Positions 37,575 through 49,399 of a DNA stretch of 64,000 nucleotides are shown one piece after another. Every line of letters begins with the position of its first letter. The first letter of the stretch is position 1. A program made the translations under genes and the position numbers. The stretch comes from Rhynchobatus australiae (taxonomy: Eukaryota): the NCBI GenBank assembly GCA_034780895.1, contig JAUZTB010000076.1, forward strand, positions 93,367,374 to 93,431,373, given 5' to 3'. The notes below the pieces were generated by a model. That model was not told the origin of the DNA. It saw only the letters and a list, made by a program, of their open reading frames with translations, and searched no databases.

Positions 37575-39250
37575 CAATTTAAATTGAGTTTATCGCTGTG
37601 TGCAGCCAGTACAGTGAGGTACAGGCAGAATGAAGAACCTGCTTGCAGCAGCACGTAGGTACAGACAGCACACCGAACATAAATTATCCAATACAGTGAA
37701 GACTGTGCTGAATAAGACATTAGGGCAAAAAAAAGAGACAAGCCCGCGGTAGTGCAGGAGGTGGTCCGTAGTGTTCTGCTGCTGAGGTGGGGTTAGCGTT
37801 GTGCAGGTCAGTTCAAGAACTGAATGGTTGTAGGAAAGTAGCTGTTCCTGAACCTGGTGGTGTGGGACTTCAGGCTTCTGTACCTCCTGCCCGATGGGAG
37901 CAGTGAGAGGAGGGCATGGCCCGGATGGTAGGGATCCTTGATGATAGTTGTCACCTTCTTGAGGCAGCGCCTCCTGTAGATGCTGTCAGTGGTGGAGAGG
38001 GCCGTGCCCATCATGGACTGGACTGTGTCCGCTACTCTCTGCAGCCTCTTGCGTCTCTGTGCATTGGAATTGCCCTACCTGACCATGAAGCAAGCACTCA
38101 GGATACTTTCAACACTGCATCTGTAGAAGTTTGTTAGAGTATTTAGTGAAATGCCGAATCTCCTTAAGCTTCTAAGAAAGTAGAGGAACCGTTGTGTCTT
38201 TCTCCTGATTGCATCCATGTGCAGGGCCCAGGAGAGGTCATCTGAGATGTTAATGTCAAGGAACTTGAAGCTGCCGACTGTCTCTACCTCTGACCCACCA
38301 ATGAGAGCTGGCACATAGTCTCTTGACTTCCCCTTCTGAAGTCAACGATTAGCTCCTTGGTTTTGCTGAAGTTGAGTGTGAGATTGTTATTGAGGCACAA
38401 CTCAACCAGATGTGCTATCTCACTCCTGGACACTGGCTCATCACCACCTGTGATTCAGCCAACAACAGTGGGGTCATCAGTGTATTTGTAAATGGCAGTG
38501 GAACTGTGCTTAGCCACACAGTCATGGGTGTAAAGCAGAGGGCTAGGCACGCAGCCTTGAGCTGCACCCGTGTTGATGGTCAGTGAGGAGGAGATGTTAC
38601 TGATTGAGGTCTCCCAATGAAGAAGTCAAAGATCCAATTGCAAAGGGACAGAGGCCCAGAGTCTGGACCTTGGTGATAAGTTTGGAGGGGATGATAATGT
38701 TGAACGCCAAGCTATAGTCAATGAACAGCAGCCTGATGTATGCATTACTGTTGTCCACATGGTCCAGAGAGACAGTGAGATAGCACCTGCTGTTGACCTG
38801 TTGTGGTAGTAGGCAAACTGAAGGGTATCTGGGTCACTTCTGAGGCTGGAGTTGATTCACACCATAACCAACCTCTCGAAGCACTTCATTACGGAGAATG
38901 TAAGTGCTACCGGATGGTAGTCATTGAGGCAGGTCACTGTCACCAGTACGACAGATGCCCCTTTGAAGCAGGTGGGAACCTCAGACCACAGAAGCAAGAG
39001 ATTGAAGATGTCCTTGAATACACCAGCCCATCAGTCCACCTAGATCTTCAGCACTTGGCAGGTACACTCTCTGGGCCAGCTGCTTCTTGTGAGTCACCCG
39101 CCTATAGGACGTCCTGTCATCACCCTCAGAGACTGAGGTCACGGGGTCACCAGGAGCTTAAGACTGTCAATGTTCTCCCTTTCAAAGCATTTATAAAAGG
39201 TGGTGAGCTCATCCAGAAATGCTGCCTGGTTCCGCCTTGTAGGAAGTGAT
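37575..39250 (-). mobile_element. Rex1/Babar LINE, about 1.7 kb, RT to 3' end
   Basis: VETVGSFKFLDINISDDLSWALHMDAIRRKTQRFLYFLRSLRRFGISLNTLTNFYRCSVESILSAC and RRRCLKKVTTIIKDPYHPGHALLSLLPSGRRYRSLKSHTTRFRNSYFPTTIQFLN; RT motif YTDD near 38480. Confidence 0.9.
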
Positions 39251-39564
39251 AGTATATAAGCTGTCAAAATAAAGAATTCAAATGAGTGATAATGGATGTG
39301 CAAGCAAAAAAAGGCACAAGAGAGAGGTGACATCTTGTGGGGAGCAGGCAGTAGAAATATTGCATTATGGGAAGCAAGACAACCAATTTGCACACAGCCA
39401 GTTCCACACACTCTGATGAGATAATAACTCAAAAATCTGGGTTTATTTTTAGTGATGATAACTGAGGAATCAATATCGAAGACTAAGCAAGGCAGAATCC
39501 CTGCTGCTCTACAAAGCAGTGATGTGGGATCTTTCACGATTACCTGAATGAACAGGAAGGGTGT

Positions 39565-40030
39565 TTGTGTCAAAGTCAATTTTACTGTCATATCCACAAG
39601 TCCATGTGTGCACAGGTGCAATGAAAAACCTACTTACAGCAGCATCACAGGCACATAGCATCATTTAAGCAGCATTCACAAGAAAAACATAAATTAAATA
39701 TAAATTATACACAATTTGTACAAGAAAGAACAATTAGATCAACAAAAGTCCATTGTAGTGCAAAGTGATCAGAGTGGTCAAATTGTTGCTGTACTGAGGT
39801 AGTGATTGGGGGTTGTGCAGGTTGGTTCAAGAGCAAATGGTTGAAGGGAAGTAGTTGTTCCTGAACCTGGTGGTGTGGGACTTCAGGCTTCTGTACCTCC
39901 TGCCCGATGGGAGCTGCGAGAAGACGGCACAGCACGGATAGTGGGGATCTTTGATGATGGATGCTGCCTTCCTGAGGCAGCGCCTCCTGTAGAGACTGCC
40001 AATGGCGGGGAGGGATGTGCCCGTGATGTA
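39565..40030 (-). mobile_element. Rex1/Babar LINE 3' end
   Basis: gttcctgaacctggtggtgtgggacttcaggcttctgtacctcctgcccgatgggagc is nearly identical to 37845-37900. Confidence 0.85.
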
Positions 40031-40963
40031 TTGGACTATTTACCCTACCTAACATTGAAGAGGTATTTAGACAGGCACACAAACAGACAGAGAATTGAGG
40101 CATGTAGACGACGTGCAGGCAGATGGGATTAGATTAGACAGGCATCATGGTCACACAGGCATTGTGGGCTGAATGGCCTCCCTGTTCTGTACTGTTCTAT
40201 ATTCCATGTTCTGTCCTCTCATAATCTTATGTACTCCTTTCAGCACAATGATAAGAAAACAGGATTCTCAATCTTGATGCCTTCAACTACAGACTTGCTC
40301 ACATAGATGACTCTTCTGCCCTTAGATTGTCTCACAAAATACCCGAATGTTCCTTTTGACTGCTTCTGCATTGTTCTACAGTGTGATTTCTTGTAAGGAC
40401 AGCTTGGCCGTTACCACTTTCAGCTCTACTGACATAGCCAATTGAACGAATCCACCAGTGTCATTGTGATAGAACATAAAAGGAGCAAAGACACAATTGC
40501 TGACACTTATACAATCCCTTTTTGCTCAGGAAACTATTTTATTCAGTTTTTTTGGGTTTACGTGCCTTCCCTCCCTCAAATTTATAATGGTGCTGTTGGT
40601 TTGTAGAGTTAAACTCTTGGAAATGTCAGTAAACTGGGAGGATGCATGTAATTGTAGAATGAGTTGGGCAATTTGCTTAAGAAATGTCATACTGACCAGA
40701 TCTTTTTATTTTGGATCCAAACTAACAGATAAATCTTAGCCAGGACACTAGGGAGAACTCCCTCCTAATCTGATTGAAATAGCACCAAGGCATCTGAAAC
40801 CATCTAGAAAGCACGGGGGCCTCAGTTGAACACTCATTCTAAAGTCATTGAAAGTCATGATTCAAAACATATATTTTGCTGAGAAAAGCATAATAAATGG
40901 GATCTTATGACAAACATTCTGCTTGTTGTGGTTTTACTGATTCATATTGGGTATAACCCAATT

Positions 40964-41205
40964 GGGCGGCACAGTAGCGTAGTGGTTAGCGATCCAGGTT
41001 CGATTCTCGCCGCTGCCTGTAAGGAGTTTGTACGTTCTCCCGTGTCTGCGTGGGTTTCCTCCGGGTGCTCCGGTTTCCTCCCACATTCCAAAGACGTACG
41101 GGTAGGTTAATTTGGGGTTTAAAATGGGTGGCACGGACTCGTTGGACCGGCAGGGCCTGTTACCACACTGTAAAAGTAAAAAAAATAAGTAAATAATAAG
41201 TAAAA
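40964..41205 (+). mobile_element. Young V-SINE with Pol III A/B boxes and A-rich tail
   Basis: gggcggcacagtagcgtagtggttagc (A box), ggttcgattct (B box), V-domain ggagtttgtacgttctcccgtgtctgcgtgggtttcctccgggtgctccggtttcctcccacattccaaagac with CpGs retained. Confidence 0.9.
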
Positions 41206-41469
41206 TCCACCTCCCTGGTGCTGAGGGATTGATTCTCTCCAGAATAAATCAAGCATCATCAGTTTTGGCTTTGTTCCTGTTATGTCCCATCACAACTAAA
41301 ATCCAAGCAGATCATGAAAGTGAAAATGTAACTGAGGGAAATAAACTGGAAAACTACATTGTCATACAGAAATAGAAAAGCGAGAGGAAATATTTTAAAA
41401 GGTGATCAAAAGAGTTCAGGAAAAATAATATTCTGCTGAAAATCTATAGCAACCTACATTACTATTGGT

Positions 41470-42365
41470 GAACAAAGAAACGGAAAAAAAGTACATAGTA
41501 AGGATAAGACTGACAAATGCAACTGCAAATAGATTAGGAAAGAGGTTGAAAAACAATTATAAATGCAAGGTATGAAATGAAATTAACAAAGAACAGCATA
41601 AGCAATATTAAAATATTCCACATTCACATAACTAACAAAAGGACAATCAAGGTAGAATTCCTAAATGTTGTACAGATTAACTCAATAGTAATGATGGAGG
41701 CAAATATCGTGTGTATACGATATCAGAAAAGATTTTTAACAATTCAGGACATTTAAGATAGGAAGATAAAAATAACTGGTAAACTAGTTCAAAAAGACGT
41801 AAAATCCCTGTTGTGGAAGGATTACATCTGTGTTGTCAAAGAGAAGTTTGGGAAGAGGTAGAAGGTGGACTACCATTAAAAATACATTAGATAGTGGTAT
41901 AATATTTTATGGTGGACAATACACAAAGCAAGCTACAAAACAAAACTGAGAAAGAGCTTAAGGGTAGATACTTAGATTGATGATAGGTGAGAAGAGGTGC
42001 ACACAGGGATTGATGTTGGGTCACTGTTGCGCATCATTTACTTAAGTAATTTGGATTCAGGAGTTATAACTAAAATGTTATGATGTGAGAACTTAGAAAT
42101 TAAATTCATTAGGAAAAAACAAAAGCACTAAGATTCATTCCTCTAGAAATGTTTAGACTGAAGGATGACATTATGGAGGTCTTCAAAATTATGGAAAAGT
42201 TTATTAAGGTTGGCCTACAGAAAATACTTCACCTTGTGAGGGAAACCAAAATTAGAGGCCAAAAGTATCAGCTAGTCATCAATAAATTCAATAAAGAATT
42301 CAGGAGAAACATCTTTACCCAGATGATGCTTGGAATGTGCAACTTCTTCCTACATCAGGAACTTA
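41470..42365 (+). mobile_element. Old, highly degenerate CR1 LINE
   Basis: RLKDDIMEVFKIMEKFIKV..ETKIRGQKYQLVINKFNKEFRRNIFTQMMLGMCN; upstream caggga..gtgttgggtcactgttg resembles the QGSVLGP motif. Confidence 0.6.
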
Positions 42366-45300
42366 ATCAGATAAAATGTTGTCAGATACTTTACAAGGGC
42401 ATTATGAAATAAAATTTGACACAAGCCATAGAAAGAGAAATTTAGACAGTTCACTGGCTTTAAAAGGTTCTCTTAAAGGCGGAGAAGAAAATCAAGGGGG
42501 AGATCTATAGAAGCAGGAAGGTTTAGGGAGGGAAGTCTAAAGTTTAGGACCTACTCCTCAAAGGCACGGCCCCAAAAGTGCATCAATTAAATTTGGGCAT
42601 GCACTGGAGGGCAGAAATGGATCATCATAGAATTGGAAAGACTGAAAATATGGAGGTTAAGAGATATGAAGAGTAGTGCCATGGAGTATCTTAAAGCTGG
42701 GAGGAGAATTTTAAAATGAGTTTTCCGGACCAGAAGCTAACAAAGGTCAGTGTGTGAACAGATTCAGTGAGAATTGAAATACAGGCAGCAGAAGTCTGAA
42801 TGAGCTCAGAAGAGTTGAAATGGAAGGTCAGCCAGATATTGGATATGTAAAGTGACAAATTTGGGACAGTGGAGGGATCACAAGGAGGAGTGAAATGATT
42901 AAACTGAGTGCTATCAATATACAAAGGAAACCTCTGCCATCGTGAATTCTGCCATTGCATGACTGGGCCAGTCATTTTGAATGTAGAAAATTGGAAAAAT
43001 TAGGGAAATCCAAAAATCTTAGTTGAAAACATAATTATTTTAAAAAGGAATAATTCATCACTGACATTAATTAAAATAATATTATTTGCATAGGATGAAG
43101 TTCAGTTTTAAAATACACAGGCAGTTCTAAATGCAAATAGAAATACAAATTAAGATTCATTTAAAATACAAAACCAAGTTTACAACATTGCAACAATAAA
43201 AGATGGATAAAATCTTCACATAAACTATATATAAATTAACTCCATAAACCTGAATAATTAAAAGTCTTGTACCCAAGGTGTATTAGTAACTTGATACATT
43301 TGGAACACGTCACACCTAAAAAGTACAATTTTTGAAGTTCATTTAGGGTATTCCAATTCTACAGAAAAGAAATGCTTACAATTGGGACTTATCTGTTAAG
43401 TTACCCATTAAATTACCCCAACTGATTCAAATGAACAAATGAAGACGTCATTCATTAAGTAAGAAAGCAAAACTGAGCAAATTGACATCTCAACTGGTTT
43501 TCAAAACCATCATTTACTGCTTAGCAAGTAATGCAGAATTTAACCAATACAATTACTCAAACATTTTAAGTTTTCACTTTCCATTCAAAAGTATGCAGCT
43601 GGAAGTAATGGAATTTCTTTTAAGACAGAAATCAACAATGCTCAATAATCTGATTTATAACAAAGGCACACATGAGGGTTTCAGCAATAGACAAGTTCAT
43701 TCAGGGGCAGTATAATGAAACATTATAGAGATAGGAAAAAACTGCGTGATGCTTTAACTGTGTAGTTAGAAGATCATCTCAGTCAACGTGACAATAAAGT
43801 TGCAAATGGTCTGATTCAAGCACACACAATTATCAGAGGGAAGGCTGGAGTTAACAAGAGGGTAACATGGTTTAGGATGGGGACTGAAAACAATCGGAAG
43901 GATCTTCCAGGCTTTTGTCTAGTGATTCCTGTTGAAATTCCCAGCATTCAGCCATTGCAATGGTAAACAGTCCTTGACTTATGTGTACCCATTCTAAGGT
44001 CAATGCTTACTGAGTGATAGATGCTGCAGGATCTGGCAGGATGCTCCATCACTGGACTTCACATCAAATGCAGTAGTGAACCCCAGACTTGTCGAGATTT
44101 CTCAGCAATATATAGGGGGATTGCCACTCCAATCCTCAATCCAGAGACCTTGTTCATTTCAACAAGAATTATGTCCTGTGGAGCAGGAAATGAAAGTTAA
44201 AAAAAACAACTTTTGAAAGGTATTTTATTTTAGTTTAATGTTTTTAATTATTTCAAATATTTTAATGGCAGCATTAACTATATTCTCTATTCTTTCATTT
44301 TCCTTCAGTATAATTAACTCAATTTTGTTTAATGTCGGACACATTTAAAATGGAGGTAAAGCACTGCCCCAGTTTTGCCTTCTGTCCAAACCAGTCAGGA
44401 ACATTCTAGGCTACAATGCAATGCCTTGTAAGGCCTAGTCACTGTTGAAATTTGCTGCTTTCTGCAACCTAACCGGATGAGTGCAGGTAGACAGGGATCA
44501 CAGGAGACAAGTCGGTGCAATGGGCTGGGATCCAAGCAGAGTTAGTTCAATACTTATGCTTGGTTTTCTGTTTATTTTTGGAGAAAATTGCTGCTGTACT
44601 AATAAGGGGTTGGGGGTGGGAGGGAAGGGGTACTCTGGACCAAAATCCTAAAATGTGTTTGATTTGCTATTTTGACCAAAATCAGAAGTAAAAGAATTGG
44701 AAGACAAAGAAAACTGATTTCAGTGATTCTTTGGAGGGAAGTAGTAGCTTTACTAAAATGAAATTATATTTTAATGGGGAAAACAATCTAGGATATCACT
44801 TGCTATACAGAGTGTTGTTAACTTTCTTTAAAATGTTAAAATAATGAGTAAGGCAGACACGTTTGACCCCTATCTTGCTACCAACCAAAAATCCAGATAT
44901 CCCACTGATTCCAATTCATATTTCCAGCAATTTACAATGCAAACATTTCAAGTGAGGAAATAAATCAGACTCAGGGAGCCTGATTGAACGGTACCTCAGG
45001 GTACCGTTCACTCGTTAGGAATTCTGGACCACACAGATTCCAATTTGAGCAAGAAATAATGGGATTATAACTTGATGGCAAGATAGAGGAAAACATTCAG
45101 ATGAAGTGGGACAATCCCAAGCGGCTACACTGTGTGAAGATGAAGTTGCAGTTAATCTTTTCCTGAGTGGGAAGAGAAGGAAACTGGGTACATTGAATCA
45201 GAGCTAGATGTTTCTTTCAAGAAAGAGAGAACCAGCTAGGGAGACAAAATATGCATTATGTACTACAGACCTGCACAACAATTCCAGTCTTCCTTCCTAC

Positions 45301-47559
45301 AGAGGAAGAACATCAATGTCCTTTTACTTGTTGCTGGGAATAAGTCTTGGTAAAAATCTCTTATTGATACAGTGATAGGGAGCTGAATAATTTTCTATTG
45401 CCATCTTGCAAGTGATCAAATAAGCCTTAACTCATGAAGTGAAGACGAACAGGTTTTGGTTCTGGGACTTGATAAAAGTAAAGATCTACATCAGGTGCAA
45501 CTTACTGCAGCGATTCTGGCCATTAACTGTAAGGATAGATAGCCCACACTGAAAAAAGCAATGAGACATGAATTATAAGCTTCTAAGGCTATTGTAAAGC
45601 ATATTATATGATTTTCATTGGTTTTTGATTATACTTATTTGGTAAAAGCTCTTTGACAAGAGATATGCTGATGATTAAAAACTTCAAAAATTCCCGTCTT
45701 CAAAGGACAGGAGACTATTTCCACCTGTTGTTTAGTAACTGTTCCAGTATGTACTGTTACATTCCAGTGCTTCAATTTGGCACCGCAGATTGCATTGTAG
45801 GGATGTTACTCACATGTGACAGTTGTGCAGTGGTGTCATGACTCATTGTCAGTGAATAGTCCATATTGTTCAGCATCCAAGATAGCTCAACTGGAGATAG
45901 ACACTAGGATTGTTGACTGATGCACTGACCTGTATGATGTGCTATTTGAGGTACACATCAGCTGACAATGAGGAAGTGAATTCCTTTGATATCGGCATTG
46001 CCCTGGATCATGGGGAAGAGTGCAGTACTCGCAAAGTCATGTACTTTCTGATGGCTGCTGGTATTATTTTTATTGTTTCATTTAATCCCCCTTATTTTGT
46101 TTAACCCTACTTTTTCTGCAATGTTAAATAGAAAACCATTTACTTAACATCGGAAGAATACTTCAAGTTATGTAAATATTTTCTTCTGTGCTGTGCATGT
46201 GTGTCTAAAACAAAATTCTAAACATGTTTACGATGAACAGCCATATATTTCTAGGGAAGATTCTACTGGTTCTTACCATAATCCGCCAAAAGACAAAATG
46301 AATCTGGTGTTCTTTTGAACAGTTTACATTCTCAAACATTGTCCAACAATTTGCAGTTAGATTTGTTGAACCACTAGTGACTTTGGTTGTCAAAAACTTC
46401 ACTCATCTCTGTCGATTCTGCCAGTGGGAACCTCTTTGGGATCGATGCCCTGAAAGAGCTTCCATGCTGAATGAAGATTCCATGTTAAAACACTAAAACA
46501 CATACATATCTGAAAACATGCTCAAGTGCTTTAAAACACATTTAAGATCTGTAAAGAAATCTAAATTAACAATTAAAACATCATTCAGGAAGATTTATAG
46601 TAGCTTTTTTTTAAACTAAAAGCCTGTCTCTGGACTGTTTAACATTACGAACACTTGCCTGAGGCTCCCGGAGCTTTGCCTTTCAATTCAAACCAAGTTG
46701 GAAAGGAAATGTCCATTTCCAGGATTCCTGGGCGAGTCCATAATTTCCCACAGTTACCGTTCCAATGCTGGACTCCATGAGGAGGCTAGGGCAGGATGCA
46801 TCCTACAACCCAGTAGAGACTTGCAGATGGTAATTTACAGATTTTCATATTCGTGTGCAGAAATGCAGAAGGTACATAAAGCTGGTGAATGTTGTGAATT
46901 TCACCAACTATTCCCCGCAAAAGCTTAACTCGCTTGTTCTCCTGATTGGAGCAGGATGAGCTGCTTGCGCATTTGCATCATTTTCTGATTTTGTTTCTCA
47001 CAACTGCAGTCTTTTTTTTAACAGGAAACCCATACCAAATGGTTGGGACCACATTGTTCCAGATTCCTGCTCTGTGTAAAATTCTGCATTCAGTCTTTGT
47101 TAGGGTAGAAAGTTTGTCCACCCTTTTCACAGTCAACGGAGGCCAAGATTTCCTTGCATTAGAAGCTGGCACTTCCCCAGACACACCACAGCACTGCTGA
47201 TAGCTGAGTATCATAAAGTTCTGAGGACCCACCATTATTACAAATGCAGATTGAAAAATAATGTTTAAATCCTATGAGGAGGCCAAACAGGAAAACTGAT
47301 TTGACCGTATTAACTGGATTACTATTTGATGCATTTATGCACTCAGNNNNNNNNNNNNNNNNNNNNNNNNNNNNNNNNNNNNNNNNNNNNNNNNNNNNNN
47401 NNNNNNNNNNNNNNNNNNNNNNNNNNNNNNNNNNNNNNNNNNNNNNNTGAAATGGGAGGTGTTTGATAGAACAATCGTGCAGGAGGCAACAAACTGACAA
47501 AAGTGTTTCATCCTTAACAGATCATTTACATGCTTACAGATCATGCTTTATCATTTCTG

Positions 47560-48070
47560 CAGTCTCAAGCACGAAGCCACCAATAAACCCATGTTCTTCC
47601 CCTCACCTCCCCATCCCCTTTTAACATTCAGCTGGATCTGATCCCTCTGCTACTCTCCTCAGTGAAGACCAATATCCCCTCTCTCCTTCACCACCAGCTT
47701 CCTATGCCAGCACAGTAGATGAGATATATCACTGAAACTTTTACCTCTATGCTACCTATTATCCAGACATTTATTTACATTTCTTTCAATTTGGCAAACT
47801 GCATTCACTGTTCATGCTCATCTACACTGGGAAATCAAAAGCAATTGAGTCCCCCCTTCTGAGGAACATTTTTATTTAGTTCATACATGTGCCTCGAATA
47901 TCCATGTGCTTGTTACATTAATTCTCCACCCCACAATAGCTTTGCATTCCAACACTGTTCTAATGTAAATTTGTGGAAGAGAGCATCTGCTGTTTAGGCA
48001 TACTACAGCCTTCCAGACTCAACAATGACTTCAACAAGTTGGTATACTGATTCTATCATTCTTATTTATT
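47560..48070 (+). mobile_element. Degenerate Penelope GIY-YIG / 3' remnant
   Basis: tgcattcactgttca..tctacactgggaaatcaaaa..gaggaacat (CI.CS..YTG.SK..F.EH) and tttaggcatactacagccttccagactcaacaatgacttcaac. Confidence 0.5.
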
Positions 48071-48349
48071 TTCACTCTAGACTTATCTTCTGTTACTTTC
48101 CTCATCCCATGGCCTACCCTTTTGCTGTGCATCATCACCTCTCCCTCCTTCAACTCCTTCATAGACCTTTTGTACTTATATCCTGAAAAGAACTCATAAA
48201 ACGGAATGCGTATTATGTCACCATCAGATCCCAAAGTTTTGAAAAACATTCAAAATATTAACAGCAAACCAAATTCAACACAAACAAATACAAAGAATAA
48301 TTTTACTCACAAGTATTAATGAAAAGTAAACTAAAATAAATTTGAAGGA

Positions 48350-48540
48350 TTACTCAGTGGATTTCATATCCTGGGATAGTGCTTTCTGCTTTTCCAATAC
48401 AATTGTTTCAAAATGCCCCTTCATCTTTGGATATTGTTCAAGTGTTTCATTAAAGTCTGCCTTTGAAATTGTATAGAATTTACATGGTGTAATAGCTGTT
48501 ACTGTGGCTTCCCTTTTCTCATCAGTTAGGATGCTCATTT
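48350..48540 (-). CDS. Exon of a divergent HCN-like (hyperpolarization-activated cyclic nucleotide-gated-like) channel: C-terminal half of the CNBD, apparently the terminal coding exon
   Basis: Minus-strand acceptor ttgtttatttctctgcttttacAG|AA ATG (phase 1, as at the HCN FG|EIC junction). Translation (E)MSILTDEKREATVTAITPCKFYTISKADFNETLEQYPKMKGHFETIVLEKQKALSQDMKSTE* aligns without gaps to recalled HCN [51 protein letters not shown] (about 23/51 identical by hand). Confidence 0.8.
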
Positions 48541-48564
48541 CTGTAAAAGCAGAGAAATAAACAA

Positions 48565-49380
48565 AGAAGACAGAGAGGTCAGAGTGGGAATCAAACAGAA
48601 TTGAAGTGATCGACCACATGCCCAGATGAGGTGCCGTTCCTTGAACTTATGTTGGGCAATGCTGGAGCAATATGGGAGGCCGAAGACAGAGAGAGCAAAG
48701 CAGAATGGAGAATTAAAGTGACAGATGACTGTAAGTTCAGGGTTAGCCTTGCAGACTGAACAGAGATGTTCTGCAAAGCGTCACCTAATCTGTGTTTAGT
48801 TTATCCAATGCAAAGGAGACCATATTATGAGCACTGAATACAATACACTAAATTGGAAGAAGTACAATTGAATTGCTGCTTCACCACAAAGAACTGTTTG
48901 GGTCCCTGGATGGTGGAAAGGGAAGAGGTAAATGTACAAGTGTTGCATCTCTTGCAGTTGCATGGGAAAGTGTTGTGAGAAAAGGGGTGGTAGACGGTTG
49001 TGAAAGAGTGGACCATTGATTCAAAGAAGATGTGCCTGGAATCCCAATGAAGGTGGCAGAAGGATGGTTCATCAAATGTGGAGGTTAGTAGGGAAGAAGG
49101 TGAGGACAAAGAGAACCTTTTCCTTGTCCTGTTCGGGAGGAAAGTGGGTGAAAGCAGAAGTGAGGGTAATGGTTGGGAGTTTTCTCAACATTAGAGAGAA
49201 GGGAAGGCATGATGAAGGAAAAAGGAAGACACTGACTTGGAAAATATCATAAGGAGATATAATAGAGCTGGAGAAACTGGGATTATTGAATGGAATCTTT
49301 CCAAGAAGCAGGTGGAAAGAGGCTTTGTTTAGATAACTGTAGGAGCCAGTATCCTTATCATGGAAATTGATCACCAACTT
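48565..49380 (-). mobile_element. Penelope-like element: RT thumb and GIY-YIG endonuclease remnant
   Basis: HDKDTGSYSYL (YKPTDSHSYL-like), QDKEKVLFVLTFFPTNLHI, TFPCNCKRCNTCTFTSSLSTIQGPKQFFVVKQQFNCTSSNLVYCIQCS. Confidence 0.85.
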
Positions 49381-49399
49381 ATCCCAAGACTGATCACCA

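Noticed and set aside
40964-41010. tRNA-like A and B boxes
   Set aside because: SINE head with the anticodon arm deleted; not a tRNA gene.
44011-44175. Minus-strand exon-like segment with a good acceptor and GTAAGC donor downstream of the HCN-like exon
   Set aside because: Stops in all three frames and no homology; could only be non-coding or add two residues.
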